Shown here: in pieces, positions 8,618 through 17,912 of the stretch
Position numbering within the stretch: the stretch's first letter is position 1
Layout of the letters: each line of letters begins with the position of its first letter
NCBI GenBank assembly: GCA_035450765.1
Contig: DAOTNL010000003.1
Location: 1 to 39,538, forward strand
Direction of reading: 5' to 3'
Length of the DNA: 39,538 nucleotides
Source: Kiritimatiellia bacterium
GTDB lineage: Bacteria > Verrucomicrobiota > Kiritimatiellia > CAIQIC01 > Lenti-01
Notes under the pieces: model-generated
Told to the model about the DNA's origin: nothing
What the model saw: only the letters and a program-made list of their open reading frames with translations
Databases searched by the model: none
Position numbers and translations under genes: made by a program

Positions 8618-9223
8618 ATGGAATGGGGCTATCCACGGCGTTGGCTGGCGGAAACGGCGTCCACGAACGATGTCGCCCGCGACTGGGCGCTGGCGGGCGC
8701 GCCGGACGGAGCGCTGGTCGTCGCGACGCATCAGACGCGTGGCCGGGGCCGCCGCGAACGCACATGGGATTCGCCGGCGGGCACCGGGCTCTACGCCTCG
8801 TTCGTCCTGCGGCCCGATTGGCCCGCGGACCAGGCGCCGAATTTGGCGATCGTTGCGGGCATGGCGGCCTTCCGCGCCTTGGAAAGGGCCGGGGTGGCGA
8901 ATCTGCGCATCAAATGGCCCAACGACGTCTTGGCCAACGGCAAAAAAATCTGCGGCGTGCTGGTCGAACCGCGTCTCGGCGCGGGGCGCATCGACTTCGC
9001 CGTGGTGGGCATCGGCATCAACGTGGGACAGGGCGCCGGCGATTTCCCGCCGGATCTGCGGCTGCCGGCCACGTCGTGCCGGCTCGAAAACGCGCCGATT
9101 TCGGTGGACGGCATGCTGGAGCTTCTGGTGCAATCGCTGTACGACGCTGTCCGGGCGCCGTTCGGCGCGCTCCGCGCCACATGGATCGCGGCCGGCGCCA
9201 AGGAACAGGAGCCCGAGCTATGA
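8618..9223 (+). CDS. birA: Biotin--[acetyl-CoA-carboxylase] ligase, catalytic domain only (no HTH)
   Basis: Start at MEWGYPRRW inside ORF 8465-9223. HQTRGRGRRERTWDSPAGTGLYASF (GRGRxGRxW loop) and KWPNDV motifs. Only about 201 aa. Confidence 0.8.
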   Translation: MEWGYPRRWLAETASTNDVARDWALAGAPDGALVVATHQTRGRGRRERTWDSPAGTGLYASFVLRPDWPADQAPNLAIVAGMAAFRALERAGVANLRIKWPNDVLANGKKICGVLVEPRLGAGRIDFAVVGIGINVGQGAGDFPPDLRLPATSCRLENAPISVDGMLELLVQSLYDAVRAPFGALRATWIAAGAKEQEPEL

Positions 9224-9957
9224 ACGTCTTGGCGATCAACGTCGGCAATTCCCGCACGGCGGCGGGCTGGTTTTCCAAGGGCAGGATCCGGCGCTCGGCG
9301 CGCAGCGAAACGGCCAGTCCCGTCATCCTCGAAGCCGTGGCCAACGACGAGATGCCCGACGGCATCGTGATCGGTTCGGTGGCGCCGCGGTGGAATAAAA
9401 CCTGGGCGCGGCTGGTGAAGAAAGTCTTCCCGAAGGTGCGCGTGCTCTGGATGGACCACCGGCTGGATTTCGGCATCGGCGTGGACCTGAAGCGCCCCGA
9501 CCAGACGGGACACGACCGGTTCGCCGACGCGGTGGCCGCCGCGGAACTGTGCGGCGTGCCCTGCATCGCGTGCGATTTCGGCACGGCTACGACGTTCAAT
9601 CTGGTCCTGCCGAAGCGCGGCTTCGCGGGGGGCGTGATCGCGCCGGGCTACGGCATGTGGTTCGACGCCTTGGCGAGCGCGGCGCAACTGCCGAAGCTGA
9701 AGCCGGGCGGCATCAAGCTCAAGACCGGCCGCAACACGGAAGAGGCCATGAGGCTCAGCGCGCGCTGGGGCTATCGCGGCATGGTGACGGAAATCCTGTG
9801 GCAACTGGGCAAGGCCTGCGGAAAGAAAGATCCCTGCATCTGCGCTACCGGCGGCTACGCCAAGTCGGTCCTGGCCGACGCGGGGCTGAAAATACCGGTT
9901 TATCCGGACCTGACGCTGCACGGCCTGGCCCGCATCTACGAGCTGAATTCCCGCTAG
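9220..9957 (+). CDS. coaX: Type III pantothenate kinase
   Basis: ATG 9220 overlaps the birA stop (ATGA). INVGNSRT, GHDRFADAV and CDFGTATTFN match the CoaX/Baf family. Confidence 0.9.
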   Translation: MNVLAINVGNSRTAAGWFSKGRIRRSARSETASPVILEAVANDEMPDGIVIGSVAPRWNKTWARLVKKVFPKVRVLWMDHRLDFGIGVDLKRPDQTGHDRFADAVAAAELCGVPCIACDFGTATTFNLVLPKRGFAGGVIAPGYGMWFDALASAAQLPKLKPGGIKLKTGRNTEEAMRLSARWGYRGMVTEILWQLGKACGKKDPCICATGGYAKSVLADAGLKIPVYPDLTLHGLARIYELNSR

Positions 9958-10013
9958 GTCATGCGGCCGGCCGGCTTGCCTCCGGCAAGGGCGGGGTGTA
10001 TGTTGGCACCCCG

Positions 10014-10406
10014 ATGAAACACCTGACTCCATTGACGGTGCGGCCCTACGAATGCGACTCGTACGGGCACGTGAACCACGCCGTCTACGTCAACTATCTG
10101 GAGCATGCCCGGATGCAGTTCCTGCATGCGGCGGGGTTCGACTACAAGGGAATGATCGCGGACGGGTTCTTCACCGTCATTTCCCGGCTGGACGTCTCCT
10201 ACCGGGCGCCGGCCTACGCCGACGACGAACTGGCGATCGAAACGGAGGCCACGGACGTGCGTCGGATCGGCGGCACCTTCCATCAGGTCATCCGGCGGGG
10301 CGACGCGGTGGTGGCCGAAGCCGACGTCTATTGGTGCATGGTGAATGGCCAAGGCCGCCCGGCCCGGCCGCCGGAGAAGTACGATCTGCGGAGGCTCCTG
10401 TCGTGA
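10014..10406 (+). CDS. 4HBT-fold acyl-CoA thioesterase (YbgC-like)
   Basis: MKHLTPLTVRPYECDSYGHVNHAVYVNYLEHAR is the hot-dog thioesterase signature. In frame within ORF 9549-10406. Confidence 0.8.
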   Translation: MKHLTPLTVRPYECDSYGHVNHAVYVNYLEHARMQFLHAAGFDYKGMIADGFFTVISRLDVSYRAPAYADDELAIETEATDVRRIGGTFHQVIRRGDAVVAEADVYWCMVNGQGRPARPPEKYDLRRLLS

Positions 10407-10966
10407 AACGGAAACTGCGCGAACGGGCCAAAGGCCGGAAGGTTTCCAAGGGCGCCTCGGAAACGATCCAGCAGCGGTTGATGGCCGCGGACTGGTGGGC
10501 GGCGGCGTTCCAGGTGGGGCTCTACCGTTCGACGCCGACCGAGCCGGCCACGGAAGCCCTGCTGGCCGATTTGTTGGCGCGCGGCGCGCAGGTGGCCGTA
10601 CCCGTGCGCCGGGGAACGAGCTATGGCTGGGGCTGGGTGGATGCGTCTACGAGCTGGAAACGGGGCGCCCACGACATCTGGGAGCCGCGGGAAACCAAGC
10701 CGGCCGCGGCGGAGGACCTGCGTTTGATCGTCGTGCCCGGCGTGGCGTTTGACGCGCAGGGCGGCCGGCTCGGGCATGGCCGCGGCCATTTCGACCGCCT
10801 GCTGGCGCGAAGCGGAGCCTTGCTGGTAGGATTGTGCTTCGAGAACCGCCTCCTGGAGGCGGTGCCCATGGAACCCCACGACGTCCGCATGGACGTCGTG
10901 GCGACGGAAAAACGGATGCTCTTCGCCCCGACGGCGGCGGCGAAAATGGAACGGTTGATCGGCTAG
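10403..10966 (+). CDS. 5-formyltetrahydrofolate cyclo-ligase
   Basis: GTG 10403 overlaps the preceding stop (GTGA). VVPGVAFDAQGGRLGHGRGHFDRLL is the family motif. Confidence 0.75.
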   Translation: MKRKLRERAKGRKVSKGASETIQQRLMAADWWAAAFQVGLYRSTPTEPATEALLADLLARGAQVAVPVRRGTSYGWGWVDASTSWKRGAHDIWEPRETKPAAAEDLRLIVVPGVAFDAQGGRLGHGRGHFDRLLARSGALLVGLCFENRLLEAVPMEPHDVRMDVVATEKRMLFAPTAAAKMERLIG

Positions 10967-12526
10967 ATGGCGGTGTTTTGGGAATGGCTGTGGCCCACGC
11001 TGACGGCGGCGGGCTTCGCGCTGATCGGATTCTTCGGTCATGCGCTGTTCGTGCGCGTCCGCGACGCGGCGGCGAACCGCGCGGCCGGCGACATCCTGCG
11101 CGATGCCCAGCGCGACGCGGAGGTGCTGCGCAAGGAAGCCCAGCTGGCCGTGCGCGACGAGCTGATGCGCAACCGCGAGAAGGCGGAGAGCGAACTGCAG
11201 CAGCGCCAACTCGTGCTCTCGGCCGCGGCCGACCGCCTGGCGAAGCAGGACGAACGGCAGGAACGCGAAAGCCATCGCCTGGAAGAACGGGCCCAGGCCC
11301 TCGACCTGCGGGCCGAACAATTGGAAAAAGACCGCGCGGCGCTGCAGGCCGAGCGGGACAAGGTCGCGCAACTGGCGGCCGATGAGCGCCGCCGGCTGGA
11401 ATCCCTCGCGAATCTCACGGCGGACCAGGCCCGGCAGGCGCTGCTCGAGCGGCTCGAAGGCGAATTGACCGCCGAATCTTCCGCGCTGATCCGCAAGAAA
11501 CAGGAAGACGCCTTGGCGACGGCCGAAGCGCAAGCCCGGCAGATCGTGACCGCCGCCATCCAGCGGGTGGCGGCGGACCAGGTGGCGGACGTCACGACCG
11601 TGCCCGTCCACTTGCCGGACGAGACGATGAAAGGCCGCATCATCGGCCGCGAGGGCCGCAACATCCGCGCGCTGGAGATGGCGACGGGCGTGACGGTCAT
11701 CATCGACGACTCGCCGGGCGTGGTGGTGCTGTCGTCCTTCGATCCCATCCGCCGCGAGATCGCCAAGGTCACGCTCGAGCGATTGGTGGCGGATGGCCGG
11801 ATCAATCCGGCGCTGATCGAGGAAATGGCCGACAAGGTCACCGCGGAACTCGACGATCTGATCCTGAAGGCGGGCGAAGAAGCCGTCGCGGCGCTGCGGC
11901 TGGCGCGGGTGCCGCTCGACCTGCTGAAATTGCTCGGCCGCCTGAAATTCCGCACGAGCTATTCCCAGAACGTCCTGCGGCATTCGGTCGAGGCCGCGCA
12001 TCTGGCCGGTCTGATGGCGCCGGAAATCGGCCTCGATCCCGAAATCGCCAAGCGCGTCGCCCTGTTCCACGATCTCGGCAAGGCCGTGGACCACGAGGTG
12101 CCGGGACGGCACGCGGACATCGGCGCGGATCTGCTGGCGAAAGCCGGCGAAAGCGAAACGGTGGTGAACGCCGTGCGCGCCCACCACGGCGACGCTCCGG
12201 GCGGCGCCTATGCCGCGCTGGCCGCCGCCGCCGACGCCATCACCGCGGCCCGGCCGGGCGCTCGCGCGGAGACGACGGACCTGTTCCTCCAGCGCATGGA
12301 AAACCTGGAAGGCCTTGCCAAGACCGAGCCCGGCGTGGTGCGCAGCCTGGCCATGCAGGCCGGCCGGGAATTGCGCGTGTTCGTGGAGCCGACGGCGGTG
12401 GACGACGCGGCGGCGATCCAGCTGGCGCGCCGGGTCGCGCAGCGGATCGAAGACCAACTGGATTATCCGGGCCAGATCAAGGTCACGGTGATCCGCGAAA
12501 CCCGGTGCGTGGAATATGCCCGCTAA
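10967..12526 (+). CDS. rny: Ribonuclease Y
   Basis: 519 aa. N-terminal TM helix, long charged coiled coil, KH motif GRIIGREGRNIRALE, and HD domain (LFHDLGKAVDHE). Confidence 0.95.
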   Translation: MAVFWEWLWPTLTAAGFALIGFFGHALFVRVRDAAANRAAGDILRDAQRDAEVLRKEAQLAVRDELMRNREKAESELQQRQLVLSAAADRLAKQDERQERESHRLEERAQALDLRAEQLEKDRAALQAERDKVAQLAADERRRLESLANLTADQARQALLERLEGELTAESSALIRKKQEDALATAEAQARQIVTAAIQRVAADQVADVTTVPVHLPDETMKGRIIGREGRNIRALEMATGVTVIIDDSPGVVVLSSFDPIRREIAKVTLERLVADGRINPALIEEMADKVTAELDDLILKAGEEAVAALRLARVPLDLLKLLGRLKFRTSYSQNVLRHSVEAAHLAGLMAPEIGLDPEIAKRVALFHDLGKAVDHEVPGRHADIGADLLAKAGESETVVNAVRAHHGDAPGGAYAALAAAADAITAARPGARAETTDLFLQRMENLEGLAKTEPGVVRSLAMQAGRELRVFVEPTAVDDAAAIQLARRVAQRIEDQLDYPGQIKVTVIRETRCVEYAR

Positions 12527-12548
12527 TGCGGCAGGAAACGAAGGGACC

Positions 12549-13343
12549 ATGAAGATTCTGGTGGTGGGCGACATCGTGGGCGGACCGGGCCGGATGGCCA
12601 TGGCGCGCGTGGCCACGCGCTACAAGGCGGAGGGGCGGGCGGACGTCGTGGTCGCCAACGCGGAGAACAGCGCCGCCGGACGCGGCATCACGGGCGCGCT
12701 GGCCGAAGAGCTGTTCGCGGGCGGCGCGGACGCGCTGACCATGGGCGACCACGTGTGGGACCAGAAAGAGGCGGCGGCCTATTTCGACCGGGAAACCCGC
12801 ATCGTGCGGGCCTTGAACCTGCCGCCCGGCGTGCCGGGGAAGGGAGCCATCTCGATCCAGACCAAGGCCGGGCCGCTGGCGATCGTGCAGCTCATGGGGC
12901 GCACGTTCATGAACGCCTCGGCCGATTGCCCGTTCCGCACGATGGATGAATGGCTCAAGAAAAACGGGTCCCAGTACAAGCTGATCCTCGTGGACATGCA
13001 CGCCGAAGCCACCAGCGAAAAGGTGGCCATGGGCAAGTATCTCGACGGGCGCGTGACGGCCGTGCTCGGCACGCACACGCACATCCAGACGGCGGACGAA
13101 GCCGTCACGGCCAAGGGCACGGCCTACATGACCGACCTGGGCATGACCGGGCCGTGCGATTCCGTCATCGGCCGCACGACCGACGCCATCCTGACGCGCT
13201 TCCTGACGGGCATGCCGACCAAGTTCGAGATCGCCAGCGGCGACGTGCGCCTGCACGGGGCGCTGCTGACGGTGGACCCGGCCACGGGCAAGGCGCTCAA
13301 GATCAAGCGCATCGAGGAAATCCTGTCGAAACCCAACGGATGA
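12549..13343 (+). CDS. ymdB: YmdB-type (TIGR00282) metallophosphoesterase
   Basis: MKILVVGDIVG..., ANAENSAAGRGIT, GDHVWD and GTHTHIQTADE motifs. Sits immediately downstream of rny, as in the known rny-ymdB pair. Confidence 0.9.
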   Translation: MKILVVGDIVGGPGRMAMARVATRYKAEGRADVVVANAENSAAGRGITGALAEELFAGGADALTMGDHVWDQKEAAAYFDRETRIVRALNLPPGVPGKGAISIQTKAGPLAIVQLMGRTFMNASADCPFRTMDEWLKKNGSQYKLILVDMHAEATSEKVAMGKYLDGRVTAVLGTHTHIQTADEAVTAKGTAYMTDLGMTGPCDSVIGRTTDAILTRFLTGMPTKFEIASGDVRLHGALLTVDPATGKALKIKRIEEILSKPNG

Positions 13344-14317
13344 AGCGGATCCTCGTCATCAAGCTGAGTTCGCTGGGCGACGTCGCCCACGCCTTGCCCG
13401 CCGTGCGCGCGCTGAAGGAGCGCACGGGCGCGGAGATCGACTGGGTCGTGCAACCGGAATACGCGCCGCTGCTAGCCGCCTGTTCCGACGTGGCGCGGAC
13501 GATCGCGTTCCCGCGGCGTAATTTCGCGCGCGGGTTCTGGCCGTTCCTGCGCGAGCTGCGGCGCGAAAAATACGACGCCGTCGTGGACTTGCAAGGGCTG
13601 ATGAAGAGCGCCTTGGCCGCGCGGTTGGCGCGCGGTAAGCGGCGGGTGGGGCCGGCCTGGGCCCGGGAGGGCGCCCCGCGGTTCTACGACGCGCAGCCGG
13701 CGAAGGTCGCCGGCCCGCGGCGCCATGCCGTGGATGAACTGATGGACGTCGTCCAGCTCGTCGCCCCCGGCGCGGCGGCGCCGCCCGAACCGCAACTGGC
13801 CTTTCCGGAGGCCGAACACGATGCCGAGCCCGGTCCGCACGTGGCGTTCGCGCCGTTTTCGCGCTGGGACACGAAGGATTGGCCGGTGGAGAAATTCGCC
13901 GAACTGGGCCGGCGGCTGGCCTCGGAGATGGGGTGCCGCATCCGCATCGTGGGCGGGCGCGACAACGAGGCGGCCGGCGAAGCGCTCGCGGGCCGGATCG
14001 GCGAAGGCGCCCGGAACGTATGCGGCAAGACCGACCTGCCGGGGCTGTGCGCGCTGCTGAAGGGCATGGATCTGCTGGTGACCGTGGATTCCGGCCCGAT
14101 GCACTGGGCGGATGCGCTGGGCGTGCCGCTGGTGGCGATCTTCGGCGCGACGGATCCCGCCCGCACCGGACCGTACCGCCAGTTGGCGCACGTGGTGGCG
14201 AAAGAAGGCCTGGAATGCCGTCCGTGCCACTCCCGCACCTGCGCGCGGGGCGATTTGGCCTGCCTGCGCACGCTGGACGTCGAAACCGTGTTCCAGGCCG
14301 CCTTGAAACGCCTATGA
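13340..14317 (+). CDS. Glycosyltransferase family 9 (LPS heptosyltransferase-like)
   Basis: ATG 13340 overlaps the ymdB stop. [26 protein letters not shown] and C-terminal [23 protein letters not shown] are typical GT9 motifs. Confidence 0.85.
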   Translation: MKRILVIKLSSLGDVAHALPAVRALKERTGAEIDWVVQPEYAPLLAACSDVARTIAFPRRNFARGFWPFLRELRREKYDAVVDLQGLMKSALAARLARGKRRVGPAWAREGAPRFYDAQPAKVAGPRRHAVDELMDVVQLVAPGAAAPPEPQLAFPEAEHDAEPGPHVAFAPFSRWDTKDWPVEKFAELGRRLASEMGCRIRIVGGRDNEAAGEALAGRIGEGARNVCGKTDLPGLCALLKGMDLLVTVDSGPMHWADALGVPLVAIFGATDPARTGPYRQLAHVVAKEGLECRPCHSRTCARGDLACLRTLDVETVFQAALKRL

Positions 14318-16032
14318 AAACCATTCTTCGCATTTGCGTCTTGGCCGCGCTCGGCGCGAACGCGGTTTGGGCCGGCAGCCCGCTGCGGGTGCCCGTGCAT
14401 TTCGCGATCACCAACGACGCCGGGCTGGGCTACGAATGGTACGTGGTGGGCAGCCATCCGGACGTCGGCGCTTGGGATCCGGCGCAGGCGATCAAGCTGG
14501 CCTGGTCGACGGGCAACGTCTGGTGGGGCGACGTCGGCGTTCAGGCCGGGACGGCGCTGGAGTACAAGTTCGTGAAGCGCTCGACGGCGCCCGGCGACGT
14601 CTGCGACAGCGGCAACGGCGACTGGTGGCCCGGCGGCGCCAACCTGCAAACCAACGTGCCGGCGGAGCCCGCCGCGCCGTTTTCCGGCAAGCGCATCGAA
14701 TTCTATTCCGATCTGACCAACGTGAGTCTGTTCTATTCCGTCCTCTCCGCGGCCGAGTTCGGCGCGACGGGCACATGGCATTCCGTCGGCATGACCCGGG
14801 TCGGGCCGGGCTTGCGCGCGGGCGAGGGACGGCACGTGGCGGAGGGCGTCGGGACCGAAGGCGAATGGCTGCGGTTCACGTTCAACGGCTGGCGCAACGG
14901 AACGAACGTCTGGGAAGGCGCGTGGGACGGCCAGGACTACTGGACGCCGCTGGACGCGCTGATCGTCCGCGACCGGCAGGTGTTCAACTACCTGCCGCCG
15001 TCGAACGGGGTTTCCGACAGCCGGATCGTCACCAACTACGTGGGTTCCACGGCGCCGCACGTGACGGGGCGCTGGGTGCGGGTGTATCTGCCCCGCGGCT
15101 ACGCCGAGAACGCGAACCGCCGCTATCCGGTGGTCTACATGAGCGACGGGGAGAACGTTTTTCAGCCAGGCGGAACGTATGGATGCTGGAATGCGGACAC
15201 GACGGCCGACGCGGAAATCCGCGGCGGGCGCATGCGGGAGAGCATCATCGTCGGCGTGCCGTCCGCGGCGAACCGGCAGACGGAATACCTGCCGCACATG
15301 GATACGGATCCCGACCGGCCGCCGGGCACGGTCGGCCGCGCCAACTATTACGCCGACTATCTGGTCCACAACGTGCGGCCGATGGTGGATTACGGGTACC
15401 GCACGAAGAACGACCGCGCGAACACGGCCTGCATCGGGTCTTCCTCGGGCGGATTGCTGGCGACGTATCTGGGCACCTGGACGAACGTGTTCGGGCTGGT
15501 CGGGGCGATGTCGGGCGTCTACAGCGCCGATTTTTGCCCGAACTTCCGGTCCTGGCTGGAATCGGCGCAGCCGCACGACGCGCGGTTCTGGATGGACGTC
15601 GGGACGGTCGGGGGCGAACTGAACATCGGCGGCATCAGCCTCTACTACGACAACTACGACCTGTATTGGTACCTGACGAGCTTCGGCTATGTCCCCAACG
15701 CCGACCTGCGCTTCATGATCGGCTGCGGCCACGACCACAACGAGTGGGCCTGGAGCCAGCGCCTGCCGCGCGTCTACCGTTTCCTGCTCGACGTGCGCGA
15801 GGAGCCGAATCCCTTGGTGGCGCCGGAACTGGAAGCCGCCGGCGCGGGCGGCGAAATCTCGTTCCCGGTTTTCGAGGGCACGGCCTACGCCGTCGAGTGG
15901 ACGGACAACCTGACGAACGGCTGGACCGCCGCGACCAACTGGGCGCGCGAAACCCGCCCGTGGAGCAATCGGACCGTGAATCTCCCTGCGCTGAAACCCG
16001 CCGGCGGCTATTTCCGCGTGCGGGGCGACTGA
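14314..16032 (+). CDS. Secreted CBM20-like domain / esterase (PF00756-type alpha/beta hydrolase) fusion with C-terminal beta domain
   Basis: ATG 14314 overlaps the GT9 stop. Signal peptide [23 protein letters not shown]20-like stretch [14 protein letters not shown]...WWGDV...EYKFV. Esterase block [22 protein letters not shown] with a GSSSGG nucleophile elbow. Tail reads [13 protein letters not shown]...GYFRV. Confidence 0.75.
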   Translation: MKTILRICVLAALGANAVWAGSPLRVPVHFAITNDAGLGYEWYVVGSHPDVGAWDPAQAIKLAWSTGNVWWGDVGVQAGTALEYKFVKRSTAPGDVCDSGNGDWWPGGANLQTNVPAEPAAPFSGKRIEFYSDLTNVSLFYSVLSAAEFGATGTWHSVGMTRVGPGLRAGEGRHVAEGVGTEGEWLRFTFNGWRNGTNVWEGAWDGQDYWTPLDALIVRDRQVFNYLPPSNGVSDSRIVTNYVGSTAPHVTGRWVRVYLPRGYAENANRRYPVVYMSDGENVFQPGGTYGCWNADTTADAEIRGGRMRESIIVGVPSAANRQTEYLPHMDTDPDRPPGTVGRANYYADYLVHNVRPMVDYGYRTKNDRANTACIGSSSGGLLATYLGTWTNVFGLVGAMSGVYSADFCPNFRSWLESAQPHDARFWMDVGTVGGELNIGGISLYYDNYDLYWYLTSFGYVPNADLRFMIGCGHDHNEWAWSQRLPRVYRFLLDVREEPNPLVAPELEAAGAGGEISFPVFEGTAYAVEWTDNLTNGWTAATNWARETRPWSNRTVNLPALKPAGGYFRVRGD

Positions 16033-16088
16033 TTGACGGCCGGCCGCCGAAGGATTACAAGAATCGGAACGGATTTCAGGAGACCGCG

Positions 16089-17144
16089 ATGAGCATGGAA
16101 ATGTCGGGCAGAGTGTTGGTGACGGGCGGCAGCGGATTCTTGGGGATCAACCTGATCCGCTACCTGTTCGCCAAGGGCATGACGGACGTCCGTTCGCTGG
16201 ATCTGGTCGAATTCGACTATCCCGAGAAGGACCGCGTGGATGCGGTGATCGGCGACATCCGCGACGAGGCGATGGTGGCGAAGTGCATGCAGGGAGTGAA
16301 GTACGTCGTCCACTGCGCGGCGGCGCTGCCGCTGTATTCCGAGCACGACATCTACACGACCGACGTGGTCGGCACGCGCATCGTGCTGGCCGCCGCGCAC
16401 AAGGCCGGCGTCGAACGCTGCGTGATGATTTCCAGCACGGCCGTCTACGGCATTCCCGACCACCATCCGCTGGTGGAGACCGACCGGCTGATCGGCGTGG
16501 GCCCCTACGGCCGCGCCAAGATCGAAGCCGAAGGCGAATGCCTGAAGATCCGCGAGCAGGGCCTGTGCGTGCCGATCATCCGGCCCAAGTCCTTCATCGG
16601 GCCGGAGCGGCTGGGCGTATTCGCGCTGTTCTACGATTGGGCCTATACCGGCCACGGCTTCCCGATGATCGGCAACGGCAAGAATCGCTACCAGCTGCTG
16701 GACGTCGACGACCTCTGCGACGCGATCTGGCTGACGCTGACGCTGGACAAAGCCAAGGTCAACGACGTCTTCAACATCGGCGCGAAAGACTTCCGGACGA
16801 TGCGCGAGGACTACCAGGCGGTGCTGGACGAGGCGGGCCACGGCAAGAAGATCCGCGGGTTCCCGGCGGCGCCGATGATCTGGACGCTGCGGTTCCTGGA
16901 ACTGCTCCGGCTGTCGCCGCTCTACAAGTGGGTCTACGAGACCGCCGCGGAGGATTCCTTCGTCAGCATCGAGAAGGCGGAAAAAATCCTCGGTTACCGG
17001 CCGAAGTATTCGAACCGGCAGGCGCTGGTGCGCAACTACCATTGGTACGTCGACCACCTGGACCAGTTCAAAAACGCCAGCGGCGTGTCGCACCGCGTGC
17101 CTTGGAAGCAGGGCATCCTGCGGCTGGCGAAGCTGTTCTTCTGA
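16089..17144 (+). CDS. NAD-dependent epimerase/dehydratase (SDR)
   Basis: [19 protein letters not shown] (GxxGxxG) and catalytic YGRAK (YxxxK). In frame within ORF 14334-17144. Confidence 0.85.
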   Translation: MSMEMSGRVLVTGGSGFLGINLIRYLFAKGMTDVRSLDLVEFDYPEKDRVDAVIGDIRDEAMVAKCMQGVKYVVHCAAALPLYSEHDIYTTDVVGTRIVLAAAHKAGVERCVMISSTAVYGIPDHHPLVETDRLIGVGPYGRAKIEAEGECLKIREQGLCVPIIRPKSFIGPERLGVFALFYDWAYTGHGFPMIGNGKNRYQLLDVDDLCDAIWLTLTLDKAKVNDVFNIGAKDFRTMREDYQAVLDEAGHGKKIRGFPAAPMIWTLRFLELLRLSPLYKWVYETAAEDSFVSIEKAEKILGYRPKYSNRQALVRNYHWYVDHLDQFKNASGVSHRVPWKQGILRLAKLFF

Positions 17145-17146
17145 GC

Positions 17147-17557
17147 ATGAAGGGCAAGGAGCCGGCCAAGGTCGAATTGCGCTGTCCCGCCTGCGGGCAG
17201 GATGCGTGGCTTTCGCGCAAGCCGAAGTACGACGGCTTTACGAAGGTCGGCGAGACGCTGAGCTGCGCGCTGTGCGGCCACGCGTTCGCATCCGAAGACG
17301 AGATCCCGTTCAAGGACAACCGGCCGAAGGTGTTTTCCGACGCCGACCGGCCGCGGCCGGTGAAGGTCTTTCGCGAGGACGAAAAGGGGAAGATGTGCCG
17401 CTATTGCGCGGAATACGTCGTGAACCCGTTTTTGCAGCGCTGCGGCCTGCACCGCTGCGAGGTCGAGGCGACGGACACCTGTCCGCACTTCCGGCCCAAG
17501 CCGGAACCGCCGGCGGCCGCCGCGGAGACGGATGCCCCCAATCCGCTGCGGCTGTGA
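17147..17557 (+). CDS. Cys-rich zinc-ribbon hypothetical protein (136 aa)
   Basis: ATG lies 2 nt after the epimerase stop. CPACG...CALCG ribbon, then CRYC...C...C...C in the second half and a Pro/Ala tail. No family recognised. Confidence 0.55.
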   Translation: MKGKEPAKVELRCPACGQDAWLSRKPKYDGFTKVGETLSCALCGHAFASEDEIPFKDNRPKVFSDADRPRPVKVFREDEKGKMCRYCAEYVVNPFLQRCGLHRCEVEATDTCPHFRPKPEPPAAAAETDAPNPLRL

Positions 17558-17565
17558 ACGCGACC

Positions 17566-17617
17566 GTTTTACGTAGAACGTAAAAAGTTTCGGGAAGTTT
17601 TACGTAGAACGTAAAAA
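17566..17617. repeat. Two identical 21-nt copies (GTTTTACGTAGAACGTAAAAA, 31-nt period), each containing the palindrome TTTTACGT-AGA-ACGTAAAA
   Basis: Copies at 17566-17586 and 17597-17617. AT-rich island between convergent gene ends. The second copy is followed by CTTTTT, so it may be a bidirectional terminator or a paired operator. Confidence 0.8.
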
Positions 17618-17631
17618 CTTTTTAGGCGGGG

Positions 17632-17793
17632 CTAGTAGCCGCCCACGTTGCCGGGGAGAGCGGGGGCGCTTTCCCAGGACTGGGGCATGTTCCACGGCAG
17701 TTCGGATTCGTCGGAGGGGGTGGCGCAACCGGCGGCGGCGAGCGCCAGGCCCGCCGCGGCGACCAGCGCCAGCAAGCGACGGAAACGAATCAC
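17632..17793 (-). CDS. Possible 53-aa lipoprotein (below ORF-track cutoff)
   Basis: GTG 17793. Translates to VIRFRRLLALVAAAGLALAAAGCATPSDESELPWNMPQSWESAPALPGNVGGY: basic n-region, hydrophobic core and an AAGC lipobox. The start overlaps the upstream mini-ORF stop (GTGA). Confidence 0.35.
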   Translation of the reverse strand: MIRFRRLLALVAAAGLALAAAGCATPSDESELPWNMPQSWESAPALPGNVGGY

Positions 17794-17912
17794 GGCCAGA
17801 TGGACGGGACGGCCGAGTAGTAGCTGATTTCGGCGGCCTGCAGGCTCACCACCGCGAGCAGCAGCAGCAGCGCCACGAGGGTCAGGGCGGACAATCCGTT
17901 AGTAGAGAACAT
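17790..17912 (-). CDS. Possible 40-aa signal/TM mini-protein (below ORF-track cutoff)
   Basis: ATG 17912. Translates to MFSTNGLSALTLVALLLLLAVVSLQAAEISYYSAVPSIWP. Overlaps the 3' end of the coiled-coil gene by 14 nt in another frame. Confidence 0.3.
   Translation of the reverse strand: MFSTNGLSALTLVALLLLLAVVSLQAAEISYYSAVPSIWP

Noticed and set aside
10328-12616. 762-aa minus-strand ORF opposite rny, and similar ORFs at 13684-15738 (-), 18919-20799 (+), 34533-36659 (+) and 34729-36813 (-)
   Set aside because: Each overlaps a confidently recognised gene on the other strand or in another frame (rny, GT9/esterase, M23/frr, rarA/lemA). All are R/G/P/A-rich without motifs.
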